Below, piece by piece: positions 53,236-64,000 of a stretch of 64,000 nt of DNA. A program made the translations under genes and the position numbers. Source of the stretch: Octopus sinensis (taxonomy: Eukaryota); assembly GCF_006345805.1 (NCBI RefSeq), contig NC_043004.1:43152001-43216000 (forward strand). The letters are read 5' to 3'. How positions within the stretch are numbered: position 1 is the first letter of the stretch; every line of letters begins with the position of its first letter. The notes under the pieces were generated by a model that saw only the letters and a program-made list of their open reading frames with translations, ran no database searches and was not told where the DNA came from.

Positions 53236-55365
53236 GTGAAGGACCATAAACCTAACTTCCACACCAACCCAGCGCTAAGACTCATATGCCCTGCTAGATC
53301 TGATATCGGGATAATCAGTAAGTACATTTTAGATAAATATATCCCTAGTTTAGTAAACAAGCTGAAGCTCAGCCTCTGGGCCAACTCCTCGCAGGTAGTG
53401 AAGTGGTTCTCTTCCATCCCCAATAAGAACCGTACTAGGTTCATTCAGTTTGATATCGCCAGCTTCTACCCCTCGATTAACCCTAGTGTGCTAAATAAGG
53501 CCCTCTGGCATGCTCACAACAAGGCTGGCCCCACCAGAGAAGAGATAGATATCATTTTAGTTGCCAGGAAATCGTTTATTAAGTTTGATAATAAGTTGTG
53601 GATCCGTAAAGATACTCCCAATGAAGTTGATGTGCCTATGGGTAGTTCGGATAGTGCGCAGATAGCCGATTTGGTCGGAATATATATTCTCTACGAATTG
53701 TCCGACCAATTCCCGGAGATCGCGGGCGGCCTGTATCGTGACGATTGTCTGTTTTACCTGCAAAACACCACGAACAGAATAGTGCAGAAAACTAAGAGCA
53801 GGTTAGCTAGGTTTTTTAATAGAATGGGCATGAGTATAGTTTTTGATAATGAACTCACCAAGGCTAATTTCCTAGACGTTACACTTAACCTTAATAGCGA
53901 CTCATACTGCCCTTACCATAAGCCTTCCACTAACTTGAAGTATGTCAGTGTCTTCTCAAATCATGCCAAAACCGTAACAGACAATTTCGTTAAAAACATC
54001 TCTCTAAGATTGTCTGGCTTGTCCGCCAGTGCCGATATTTTTATGCAGAAAGCGGAATTTTATAACGCCGCACTATCCAAGGCCGGTTATAGGCAGAAGG
54101 TAATTTATATTGATCCGGCCCTTCCGATGCCATCATTCGGTCATCAGGATAGGGCCGTATATAATAACATTAACATTTTAAGTAAGGACGGGAGCGCGGC
54201 GGATGCCGGGGTAGTCGCTCCCGCTTTTAATTTAGCGAACAAGGATAATTATCGGTCCGGGAGGTCTTACACTAACCCAAGACCCGTTATTCATCCGAGA
54301 ATCACCCACCCGAATGCGAGAGCTGGCGTCCCGACCCATCACACTGATAGGAATAAGCATATATGGTTTGTAATCCCCTTTGGTAAGCAGATTAGAACTA
54401 ACCTCCCCCTCATGTTTAGACAAGCCATCGCCAATAACTTCCCCAGAAATTCCAAATATTACTCCACGGTTAACTCGCATAAAGTTAGGATAGCTTTCTC
54501 CAACACTAAAAACCTCGCCCAGATAATCGCCTCCCATAATAATAGGCTACTTACTAAGACCCTATCACCTTTTTCCGGAGGCACAGCCTCTTCCGCTCCC
54601 GGTTTAATGCTCAGTAGGAATAATTATAGTAGTAATAATGATATGAGAGCCAGTACAGTGACACATAATCTCAGCTCCAGCCAGGGAGTACCCACTAGGG
54701 GTATAGTTATAAATAGGGGTGTTGTGGTTGACGGTAACAATGGGAGTAGGGTAGAGAGCCCCAATAGCATCCCCAGCATCATTTCCCGCAATAGCAGCAC
54801 CACGGGCAGTAGCAATGACAGCACTCTGATAGATAGTGGAGAATCAGGGGTTATTCCTATAGTTAATAGTGACGTAGTGGAAAATAGAGTAGTAAGCGGC
54901 TGCAGGTCTCGGAACGAATATAGTGACAGGAACGCAGTTCTAATTTCAGAAACTAATCCTAGCAGATTAAGATTCACGTCGGCGAACTCCAAGATCAAAA
55001 ACGCCGTCTACCAATGCAAGGTTTACACGGACTCAGATGTCTTCACTTATGTAGGGGCATCATCCTCAAGATTGTCTTTGCGTGTCTCCAACCATTACGC
55101 AACTTTTCGGGACGTGAACAAGCGCCAGACCACGGGACTCAGTAAGCTAATATGGCGACTGAAGGATACGAACTTAAGCTATAGGCTAGAATGGTCAATT
55201 TTGTCGGTGGCCCTCCCATTTGATAGGGGCAGAAGACAGTGCAACCTTTGTGTCTCCGAACTCTTCCATATTTTGTTTGCCAGAGGCCGGATGGTAAACG
55301 GGCTCTTACAGTCGGCTTTTCGATGCCCCCATTGGCGGCGTTACACTTATCTGGCTTTTAAATAG
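53236..55365 (+). CDS. Penelope-like RT + C-terminal GIY-YIG endonuclease, open for 709 codons, 5'-truncated
   Basis: FIQFDIASFYPSI (RT motif A), PMGSSDSAQIADL (B), GLYRDD (C), NFLDVTL (E); AVY..YVG; H..CNLC..E..CPH (CCHH). It begins at the KDHK motif without an ATG. Confidence 0.95.
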   Translation: MKDHKPNFHTNPALRLICPARSDIGIISKYILDKYIPSLVNKLKLSLWANSSQVVKWFSSIPNKNRTRFIQFDIASFYPSINPSVLNKALWHAHNKAGPTREEIDIILVARKSFIKFDNKLWIRKDTPNEVDVPMGSSDSAQIADLVGIYILYELSDQFPEIAGGLYRDDCLFYLQNTTNRIVQKTKSRLARFFNRMGMSIVFDNELTKANFLDVTLNLNSDSYCPYHKPSTNLKYVSVFSNHAKTVTDNFVKNISLRLSGLSASADIFMQKAEFYNAALSKAGYRQKVIYIDPALPMPSFGHQDRAVYNNINILSKDGSAADAGVVAPAFNLANKDNYRSGRSYTNPRPVIHPRITHPNARAGVPTHHTDRNKHIWFVIPFGKQIRTNLPLMFRQAIANNFPRNSKYYSTVNSHKVRIAFSNTKNLAQIIASHNNRLLTKTLSPFSGGTASSAPGLMLSRNNYSSNNDMRASTVTHNLSSSQGVPTRGIVINRGVVVDGNNGSRVESPNSIPSIISRNSSTTGSSNDSTLIDSGESGVIPIVNSDVVENRVVSGCRSRNEYSDRNAVLISETNPSRLRFTSANSKIKNAVYQCKVYTDSDVFTYVGASSSRLSLRVSNHYATFRDVNKRQTTGLSKLIWRLKDTNLSYRLEWSILSVALPFDRGRRQCNLCVSELFHILFARGRMVNGLLQSAFRCPHWRRYTYLAFK

Positions 55366-55957
55366 CGTTTATAAATAATACCGGCACCCATAGCCCTTGG
55401 TAACAAATTCTGAAATAGCCTTTAAGATATCTACGATTAACCACTGCAAGGGGAATTACTCCTGTAAGACAAACGGGGCTTGGTTTTTTCACAGCGGGGG
55501 GTTTCCTTGACAAGGCAGGCTTAGATGAACACACACACACATAAAACATAATATATATATATTTTTTTCTTTCTGCCACCCAACGGTTATCACGGCAGTA
55601 GCCACTGACAGCCAAACGATCAAACGCACAAACGTACACAAAAAATGTTTTCTACCCCTACGCCAACACACACATATATAGAACAGTATACACACACACA
55701 CGTCTCTAAGTAGATTTTTTCTCGCCCCTTATAAAACATCAATATTCCTTAAATAGTCAGAACTTTATGCTCGGTCACAAAGAACATCTATACACCCTCA
55801 CCCACATGATTGACCGATGCCTGACCCGTTGAATTCTTCAGCCACCGGTTCTCAACATACACTGATAAACAGTTTCGCCATGGGCTCTTAGGAGCATAGT
55901 TCGATTTGTTTTTGCTCAGCCTCTGTTCTGTTTTTGTTTTTCCAGCGGATTTCCTTT

Positions 55958-56046
55958 TTTCTTCCTGAAGAGAAAGACACAATATGGTCCCATTATTCAA
56001 TCGGATTTTGGTAATTTGTGCCTTTCGAAACACGTGTAGAATGAAA
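55958..56046 (+). ncRNA. Canonical type I hammerhead ribozyme in PLE 3' UTR
   Basis: tttcttc CTGAAGA gaaag-a-cacaa..ttgtg-c-ctttc GAA ACACGTGT A gaa(t)gaaa. Full consensus core, G10.1:C11.1, palindromic stem III, GUA at 56036-56038. Confidence 0.85.
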
Positions 56047-56410
56047 TAAAACGATTTCTGTTCAATCTGCGTTCAGCTCCATTTCTTCAATTCACCAATA
56101 ATGTTTTAATTTCAATTATCCGCACCAACGCACGGTTGTAACGCCAGATGGTTGTACCTCCAACCGTGCTGTTTACTGCTGTGATTTTTGCTACTAAGGT
56201 ATCGGTTAAACTTTTGATTAATCTACTACAAGATTATTCATCTTTCTATTTCACATAATATATATATATAATATATATATATATATATTATATATATATA
56301 TATACATACAGATATCCATTCACACTCCCGCATACACACACATGCACGTATATCTATATATCTATATCTATCTATCTATATATATACACGCTCCCATCTC
56401 ATCACAACGT

Positions 56411-57160
56411 ACACCCGCACATGTACAAACACAGGCTGCATAAATGAAGAGAACGTATGCATGAAAGTTACACATATGCACCGGACACTGGCTTACACTT
56501 ATACATACATATCCACACGAACATATATGTATAAAATATATGTATGCATCTCTACACAAGCGTAAACTTGCATAAAATTAAGAAAGAAAATTAAAAAATT
56601 AAAAAATTATATATATTAAAAAGAAAACATAGGAAATTAAAGTTTAATGAAAGTTAAAATATATAGGAAAGCTTGTGCAGGAACATAGTAAAATGTTGAT
56701 TGTAGTTGTGATTTTGGGGGGACCCAAACCCTAACAGATATTTTGTGACAGTTAGACATGATACAAAATCGGTAGTGGCAAGAGGAGTCTTTGTAATATG
56801 GTAAGATGACTCATCTGGAAAAGTTTCTTGAACATTGCTACATGTCTAAATTCAAGAACTGTACATTTTGGATCGTGTCCGCTGTCACAACATATTTGTT
56901 ACTGTTCTGGGTCCCTCAAAATCACAGCTAGAATCCACACTTTTAGTATATACCTGCTCAAGTTTTCCCATATATTTTAACTTCCATTAACTTTTAATTT
57001 CTTGCGTTTTATTTTTATTCTCTTCCTTTTTAATTGTGTGAATGTGTGCGTGTGTGTATATGTATGTAAGAAATTGTCCGGTGCGTATGCGTGACTTTCA
57101 TGCACATGTCTCCTTCATTTATACAGATATGCATATGTTTGTACATGTTCGGATGAGGTG
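56411..57160. repeat. Old fold-back (long inverted repeat)
   Basis: Arms about 56411-56769 and 56865-57160 align as reverse complements (e.g. gtgattttgggggaccca vs tgggtccctcaaaatcac), roughly 75-80% by eye; inner ttcttgaa/ttcaagaa hairpin. Confidence 0.8.
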
Positions 57161-57284
57161 TCCGATGTATGTATATATATATATATTTACATATATGTAT
57201 GTATGTAGGTATGTATGTATGTATGTATGTATATATATTATTTATATATATGTATGTGTGTATGTATGTATGTATGTATGTATG

Positions 57285-57359
<75 letters not shown>

Positions 57360-57430
57360 AAATATTAGGGAATAGATCCAAACTTACAGGGAAAAATCAG
57401 TTCATTGCTAAACCTCGATAAATATTTCAA

Positions 57431-57501
57431 TTACCTGAAGATTGACTGTAACCATAACTCGAATTACTACGAATTGTACCGCCATGAAACGATCGTAGTG
57501 T
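57431..57501 (+). ncRNA. Degenerate hammerhead-like motif
   Basis: tac CTGAAGA ttgac..gccat GAA ACGATCGT A gtg; perfect palindromic stem III and GUA, weak stems I and II. It lies about 75 nt after (TA)n. Confidence 0.45.
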
Positions 57502-57905
57502 TTTACACTTTATCTTTTATTAAACCTTTAATACTTTTGATATATATTTAAAATAATATATATTAATTAATTTTATGTATTGGCTTATGTTTTTCATTGT
57601 TTGATTTGCCTAATAGTGGTTTTATCTCTAATTTAATATAATATATATATATATATATATACTCAACTTTATATGTATAAATGTCTAAATATTATGTTAC
57701 GTGTATACATTTAAACACCGCATATGAAGATGTTGTTGCATGTACACACACATATACTTATATATATATATGAATTCACCTATGCATATCTGTTTTTGTA
57801 TGAGACCCTGAAAAATGTATACTGTTCGAATACAACCTATCATAAGAAATGTGAAAATTTGTTTTATCTCAATTTGCCAGCATTCCCTTTCCGTTTTCGT
57901 CGTTA

Positions 57906-57980
57906 AAGATTGCTGATGAAGAAATTGGAAGTGTATCCATTTGATTGGATGGAAACACAAAATTGTTTGTGTACAATTTT
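57906..57980 (+). ncRNA. Hammerhead-like motif lacking a stem II closing pair
   Basis: aagattg CTGATGA..GAA acacaaa-attg-tttgtgt A caatttt: 7-bp stem I, 7-bp stem III, GUA site. Confidence 0.35.
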
Positions 57981-58968
57981 CAAACCATATGAATAGCTTA
58001 TAAAACATGTTGATCGATAGGAAAATATGGAATTGTTAATGCGAAGGTTGAATTGAAGCAAATATTTTATAACCAAGAGTCTTTCTTGTGACACAACATT
58101 CAAGGAATATCAAAACGCTTACATGTAACATGGAAATTAACAAATCATTACATTGCGTCCAGGGATAAAAGAAATGTTATCAAAATATTAAAGCCACCAA
58201 TAATCGAAGAAAACACCTATTCTGCAGTACTGAGAACAATCTCCCTGCTCATGATAAGGTCTACATTAATATTCTGATTTTAAAGACCATGTAGTTACCG
58301 GATGCATTCCTGTTAAATCTAGGATGGTAGAACTGCTTTGACTAGCGAAAATTTTCCATCTGCAACATATTGTCTGTTCTATAACAAATGGAGTTATTGG
58401 AACATAGAATAACTCGTTACTTTCATCCTGCTATAAATGACCCAAAATCTTCAGTCACTATAAAAAGAAGAAACAATGCAATGCTTATATGAACACATTT
58501 ATGAAAATATACGTAACACTGATCATTTACCATTACATTTTAGAGATTACAAATTCCATGGCAGCCCATTGCATACATCAACATAAAATTGTATACTTTC
58601 TCTTAGATTTTTTTCAAATTGCTCACATGTTTCAGCTTTATAATACAGCTTAAGTTTACGTATATTTCCATAATTCTTCGTTATAAATGATATACCTATA
58701 TTAACGCGTTTTCTCACAAATAATGGTATCCTACTGCCTGCTCTTTTGTGATAGAGAAACAGGTATACTGATGACTATAATTACAAACCAATCGAATACT
58801 ATATCATACAATTGGTAATTGTTTCTTTCCATTTGAGTTGCAGCATAATGAATACACACATATATACATGTAATACATACATATGTTTATATCTATACAT
58901 CTCTCTATCTATCCCTCTATCTATGCATCTATTACATACATGCGTGTGTATGTGTATGTTTTTTCGTG

Positions 58969-59008
<40 letters not shown>

Positions 59009-59297
59009 TGTGTGTTTGTGCTTAGGTGTCCTTGACCGTGCATCTTCGTTGTCGTGCATATGTGATCTGAACCAGTTGAAATTTGCATCAATAGCCGTGG
59101 TTACACTATCAATTAAAAAATACCTTCACACATTATTAGCGCGTAAAATCAGAAATGACAAGATCCTATTTTTTTTTTTTTTATATTTCATAATCCAGCT
59201 TCATTCATGTGTTTTAACTCGTCCGTTACATATATCTCCTGAGTAAAATCAATCGTGTTATAGTTGGTGATGATCTTTCAAAATTTATATTGTATAT

Positions 59298-59545
59298 CAG
59301 TGATTCCCAAACTGAGTCGCGGCCCACAGATGGGTCGCGAACGGAATCTTAGTGGGTCGCAAAAAGTTATAAGATTACGAAATATTTGTGCGACGAAGAA
59401 TTTATTCTGAGGCTTACGTATTTAGCAGATATTTTTTCGAAATTAAACGACCTGAATTTGTATTTACAAGGAACAGAAGGTATCAGTATATTTGCAATTC
59501 ATGAGAAAATTCGAGGTATTATGAAATCTATATCGTTGAAAAATT
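59298..59545 (+). mobile_element. hAT (Charlie/Buster-like) internally deleted remnant
   Basis: End cagtgattcccaaactg..gggtcgcg, followed by in-frame FILRLTYLADIFSKLNDLNLYLQG (YLADIF..LN.LNL.LQG motif). Confidence 0.75.
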
Positions 59546-59687
59546 GAACAAATAAATTGTTTATTATATTTATAATAGATGATTATTATCTCTTTCTTCT
59601 TTTTACCGGAGTTAAGCTACATCGAAAATAGTTACCTTTCAGACAGTGAACATCTATCAGTGGTGTGATCTGTATGAAGAAAACTTA

Positions 59688-60084
59688 TACTCTTTACTCT
59701 TTTCTCTTTTACTTGTTTCAGTCATTTGACTGCGGCCATGCTGTAGCACCGCCTTTAGTCGAGCAAATCGACCCCGGGACTTATTCTTTGTAAGCCCAGT
59801 ACTTATTCTATCGGTCTCTTTTGCCGAACCGCTAGGTTACGGGGACGTAAACATCCCAGCATCGGTTGTCAAGCAATGCTAGGGGGACAAACACAGACAC
59901 ACACACACACACATACATATACATTTATACGACAAGCTTCTTTCAGTTTCCGTCTACCAAATCCACTCACAAGGCTTTGGTCGGCCCGAGGCTATAGTAG
60001 AAGACACTTACCCAAGGTGCCACGCAATGGGACTGAACCCGGAACCATGCGGTTGGTAAACAAGCTACTTACCACACATCCACT
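59688..60084 (-). mobile_element. SINE family A
   Basis: Matches the family A consensus. Confidence 0.88.
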
Positions 60085-60394
60085 AAAAAAAAGAGAAAAT
60101 AATTACCCGAATTTAAACTGAACGTGAGAACGATTCTTCTGTAAATTGTAAGAAAACAACTTAGTAGAAATCAATAAAACTCTGGAACACACTTTAACCT
60201 TCTAGCTAAGAACAATGATGTTATACTAACATGTTGATGCATAGCATGTATCATAAACGTGAGGTACTGAACGCTATTAGATGAAGAAGAGTGCCAGACA
60301 AAGATACATACATAAAGATGGAAATTTCTATTTGAAGACATTCATTTTTATCTATTATATTTATTTTCTGAATTTAAGAAAACAAGATAATATA

Positions 60395-60799
60395 TAGGCG
60401 CAGAAGTAGCTGCCTGGTAAGTAGCCTGCTTACAAACCACATGGTTCCGGGTTCATTCCCACAGCGTGGCACCTTGGGTAAGTGTCTTCTACTATAGCCT
60501 CGGGCCGACCAAAGCCTTGTGAGTGGATTTGGTAGACGGAAACTGAAAGAAGCCCGTTGTATATATGTATATATATGTATATATGTATGTGTATGTATAA
60601 ATGTGTTTGTGTTTGTCTCCCAATATCGCTTGACAACCGATGGTAGTGTGTTTACGTCCTCGTAACTTAGCGGTTCGGCAATAGAGTCCGATAGAATAAG
60701 TAATAGGCTTACAAAAAAATAAGTCCTGGGGTCGATTTGCTCGACTAAAGGCGATGCTCCAGCATGACCATAGTCAAATGACTGAAACAAGTAAAAGAG
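60395..60799 (+). mobile_element. SINE family A, full length
   Basis: Head taggcgcagaagtagctgcctggtaag; tail actgaaacaagtaaaagag. Confidence 0.88.
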
Positions 60800-61804
60800 A
60801 ATAACTGAGGGATATTATGGTTTCTAGTATTTCTCTTATTTCATAGCAAATATTTGGCCTACAATACCTGTAAGATTTAACTCACAATATGCTAGTAATG
60901 TGTTTGCGTTATTGTTTTCTTTCAAAGGATTTCATTTCCGGCTATAGGAGTTGTAAATTCATTTTAGCGCTGGTTTTCAATTACCAAATTTCAATTATAA
61001 ACCTTGTCGAATCCAATTAACACTTGTCATTCCACTGTAGGTTTTCTCACACCGATACTTGGAAATCTCCAGTGGTTTGAAGTGTTTAACTTACTGTTAT
61101 TGACAAGATCACGTTATTTACTTTAAATTTTTTTCTTAATTTTACGATCAACTGTAATCAATACACGAATTCATATATATCTACACTCTAACGCATGTAC
61201 AAGTACACACTCACAAAATTTCGCACGCCGTTAGAAGCATACACAAATATACAAACGAACATACATGCACATAAATACATTCTAATGAAATTACACCTAG
61301 AAACTTATACTCATACACATACAAATGCACCTCTGCGTGCAAACACACAAAGACAGACACACACACACACGCCCACAAACACAAATACACAAAGACACAC
61401 ACATACACCCTCATACACCCTCATACACGCATATATGAATATATAATTGTCATATTGCTGAATATTTAAAATGGCAAATTTGCAACAAGATGTATATTTT
61501 ACTCGCACTGGTTAACTATTTACCCAAATATCATTTTCAATCGCAGTATTCGACACACGCCTTGTGATTAAAATTATGTCGGAGGCTATCACAGGAATAC
61601 AACAAACATCAAATGTACATCATTTTCACACTCTGTAGCAAACAGATTCTGTCTGCGAAATGATGTTAAGATACACAGGTGTGAGATATACCCAGTTATT
61701 TACGTATTAATTAAAACAAACCGAGTATTCACTTCATCTAACAATTGAATCCCTATTATTGTACAACAGGGATCCTCCGCGCTCTCTTTCTCTCTTTCTC
61801 TCAG

Positions 61805-61989
61805 TATTTGGATGTGCGCATGTACTTAGTCACATTGTTTATGGAAATACACTGTGCATTACTTTATATTGGAGATCATCTCTCGTCTGTGAATCTTCAG
61901 ACTACATAACTTTATGGAATTTCATTATTTACATTATATCTAGGCATAATGCATGCCGGTTCTTTATTCTTCTAAAAAAAAAATGGAAG
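61805..61989 (+). other. Candidate exon
   Basis: Acceptor ctctctttctctctttctctcag, donor AAG/gtatgc; aaaATGG at 61983. Confidence 0.35.
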
Positions 61990-62371
61990 GTATGCTAATT
62001 GTAATCTTATTTCAGATGTAAATTTTCTCCAATATTTTGAGTTGGTATGTAGTATGTTAAAAATATAAACAAGCTGATCGTAGATGCCTTTGTTGGTGTG
62101 CGAAAAAGGGAATATGAATATATGTTTTTACGCTTGGATTATGTATGTATGTGTTTATGTTTCGCTCTGTTTTCGTTGATGCAATAAGAGACGTGCATAC
62201 ACTAAGAACATGAATTTTATTTATGAATCTTCTAGGAGCGCACTGTATGACAACACGAGTTTTCTTGTTGTCAAATGTTGTTGGTTCTGCGGGATTAGAT
62301 TGAATCTTTAGAGATACAAGTTTCTGTATATAAAATATTAACGTCGTGCTTCATATATATATATATATATA

Positions 62372-62470
62372 TGACAATTATTCAATAGCCAAGAAAAAAC
62401 TCTGAGTTTCGGATGCCGAGGTGGAAATCCAGAACACCATCCCTTCGGTTATCTGGCCATCTCTGTTTAC
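62372..62470 (-). mobile_element. Decayed relative of the 9799-10025 hammerhead-bearing end
   Basis: Shares ggcatccGAAACTC(A/T)GAGTttt..gaataattgtca then (TA)n; the CTGACGA core is destroyed here. Confidence 0.6.
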
Positions 62471-62502
62471 ATGATACTGAGGTCTCTTTCTTTCTTTTGC
62501 AG

Positions 62503-62517
62503 ATGTTTTACCGTTAG
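62503..62517 (+). other. Candidate 15-nt microexon
   Basis: tctttctttcttttgcag/ATGTTTTACCGTTAG/gtatgt. Confidence 0.3.
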
Positions 62518-64000
62518 GTATGTGACATAATTCTTTTGAAGTATACGCGCATACATCTGTAAACGCGCAGGTGAACGTCTATGTGTGCTTGTGTGTGCAT
62601 GTGTGCATGCGTGTGCATGTGTGCATGCGTGTGTGTGTGTAAATAATACGTAAAGCCGGACGTTTGTACGTCATATTTACAAGCATCCTAAGGATTTACG
62701 TCGTATTTCATCTTCATTTTTACACCATCTGTTCATAACAGTCAATGTCTTGTCACCTCTCATAATGCTGTGTTATTTGACAGTAAATTCGTCTTAGCAA
62801 AATCTTCAGAAACTATAGTAAATTTCGTGGCGAATATCACCTTTTAATCTGAAATATACTATGGAAACTTAAACACATGGCATTGATATTGATTTAAGAC
62901 GAAACCCTTCTAGGTTCGTCGTTTAATTGCCAAGAGACAGTACGGTCAAGAAATGTACTGAGCTGCAATCAACTCGATTATATTTTCGAGGATGAAGCGC
63001 CGAAATGGTCAAGAAAATGAATTTACACGTTTATGAGGTGTGACTTCGTTATGTATGAATAAGTTTTTCTATTTCACCAATTCCTAGTTTATATTTCTTT
63101 CTAGCTCCAGTCTTCTGGTCTACTGTTAGACAAGATCAAAATCTTATTTCATACTTTTGTTTCTAGAAACAGTATAGCGGGATAAAATTGAAGGTTCGCG
63201 GTAAAGAATCATACTAAATATCCTGAATAATTTTACTTTAAATTTGAAATAATACAGCTTGGTTTATAGAAACAACTTAACACGTATTCGGAGTAATTTA
63301 TCTAATGTCACATGTAAAACATTTAATTTTAATATTATAGTTATATATAGTTTATAATTTTCTAACATGAAGCAATATCATTTACGGAAGATTATTTTTT
63401 AAAAGCATCTTAACTTTGAAATAACAATAAATGATAACTTTTGAGAATGCATACGGAGATGTAACGTAATTCTAAATAATCTATTCTCTTTGGGATAAAA
63501 TTTTGACAGATTTGATGAAAAGCTATTTGTAAATATAGCTATGCGGAACGGTCCACGGGGGCATATCACACTGGTAAAACTTTTCGTATGGCAGGAGCTG
63601 ACAAGCTATATTGAAAATCTTTTAAAGTAGCACCTCAGGAAATTCACTTTGGGGAAAATGAATTTAAGTCGATGACAAATGAATACGAGTAAATTATCAT
63701 GTCGCCTAGTTACACGATTGGCATATCAATATATAGCTTTCCTGACAGTATCAAACAAAATCTGCAACGTTTGTGAGTAATGAATATGATACATGAATAT
63801 ATAACTGTACTTCGTCAAAAAATGTATTTCTAAATGTATCATTAAGTAGTGACCAAAATAAATAATTAATAGTGGTTTTAATTGAATAACAACGTTTCAA
63901 CTGCTTACACAATGTGCACAGAAACACCAACCAAACAATAACCATTGAATCAAACTGTTATTTATCCTCACTATATTAGAGATTATATATTTGTTGATAA

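Larger units (their letters stand above)
53236..56257 (+). mobile_element. Penelope-like element including 3' UTR, hammerhead and tail ending at (TA)n
   Basis: The tail 56065-56257 (ctgcgttcagctccattt..tttactgctgtgatttttgcta) aligns with 7075-7245 of the other PLE. Confidence 0.85.

Noticed and set aside
53557-54998. Antisense ORFs 53557-53763, 54232-54537 and 54624-54998
   Set aside because: Shadow frames of the GC-richer PLE ORF with no recognisable motifs.
55825-55880. Minus-strand GAAAC..CTGAAGA arrangement near the PLE hammerhead
   Set aside because: Position 17 would be G (non-cleavable) and no stem II forms.

Overview
AT-rich, microsatellite-dense eukaryotic DNA that is mostly non-coding and dominated by transposons. 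The repeat families resemble those I recall from octopus/coleoid cephalopod genomes; this is an inference and no search was run. Most ORFs in the supplied track are translations of (TA)n/(CA)n tracts. The real coding content is transposon-derived: (1) a Penelope-like element (PLE; RT + C-terminal GIY-YIG) with an uninterrupted but 5'-truncated 709-aa ORF at 53236-55365; (2) a related AT-rich PLE present as a head-to-head inverted pair at 3932-7245; (3) a Dong/R4-like RLE LINE inside (TAA)n at 49734-51958; (4) a full-length D,D34D mariner inserted in a SINE; (5) a Tc1-like fossil with DD36E spacing; (6) an unassigned DNA transposase fossil, plus hAT, CR1/L2-like and further PLE fragments. There are also about 25 tRNA-derived SINE copies from several families. 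The most striking unannotated signal is a set of about ten type I hammerhead-ribozyme motifs, found by eye. Most lie in PLE 3' regions or short non-coding units next to (TA)n, and most have a palindromic mini-stem III. They include a U3:A8 compensatory core, recurrent CCGANGA cores and a 254-nt tandem retrozyme-like unit. No host gene can be called with confidence; a few splice-site-supported exon candidates are listed. All RNA pairings were worked out manually.
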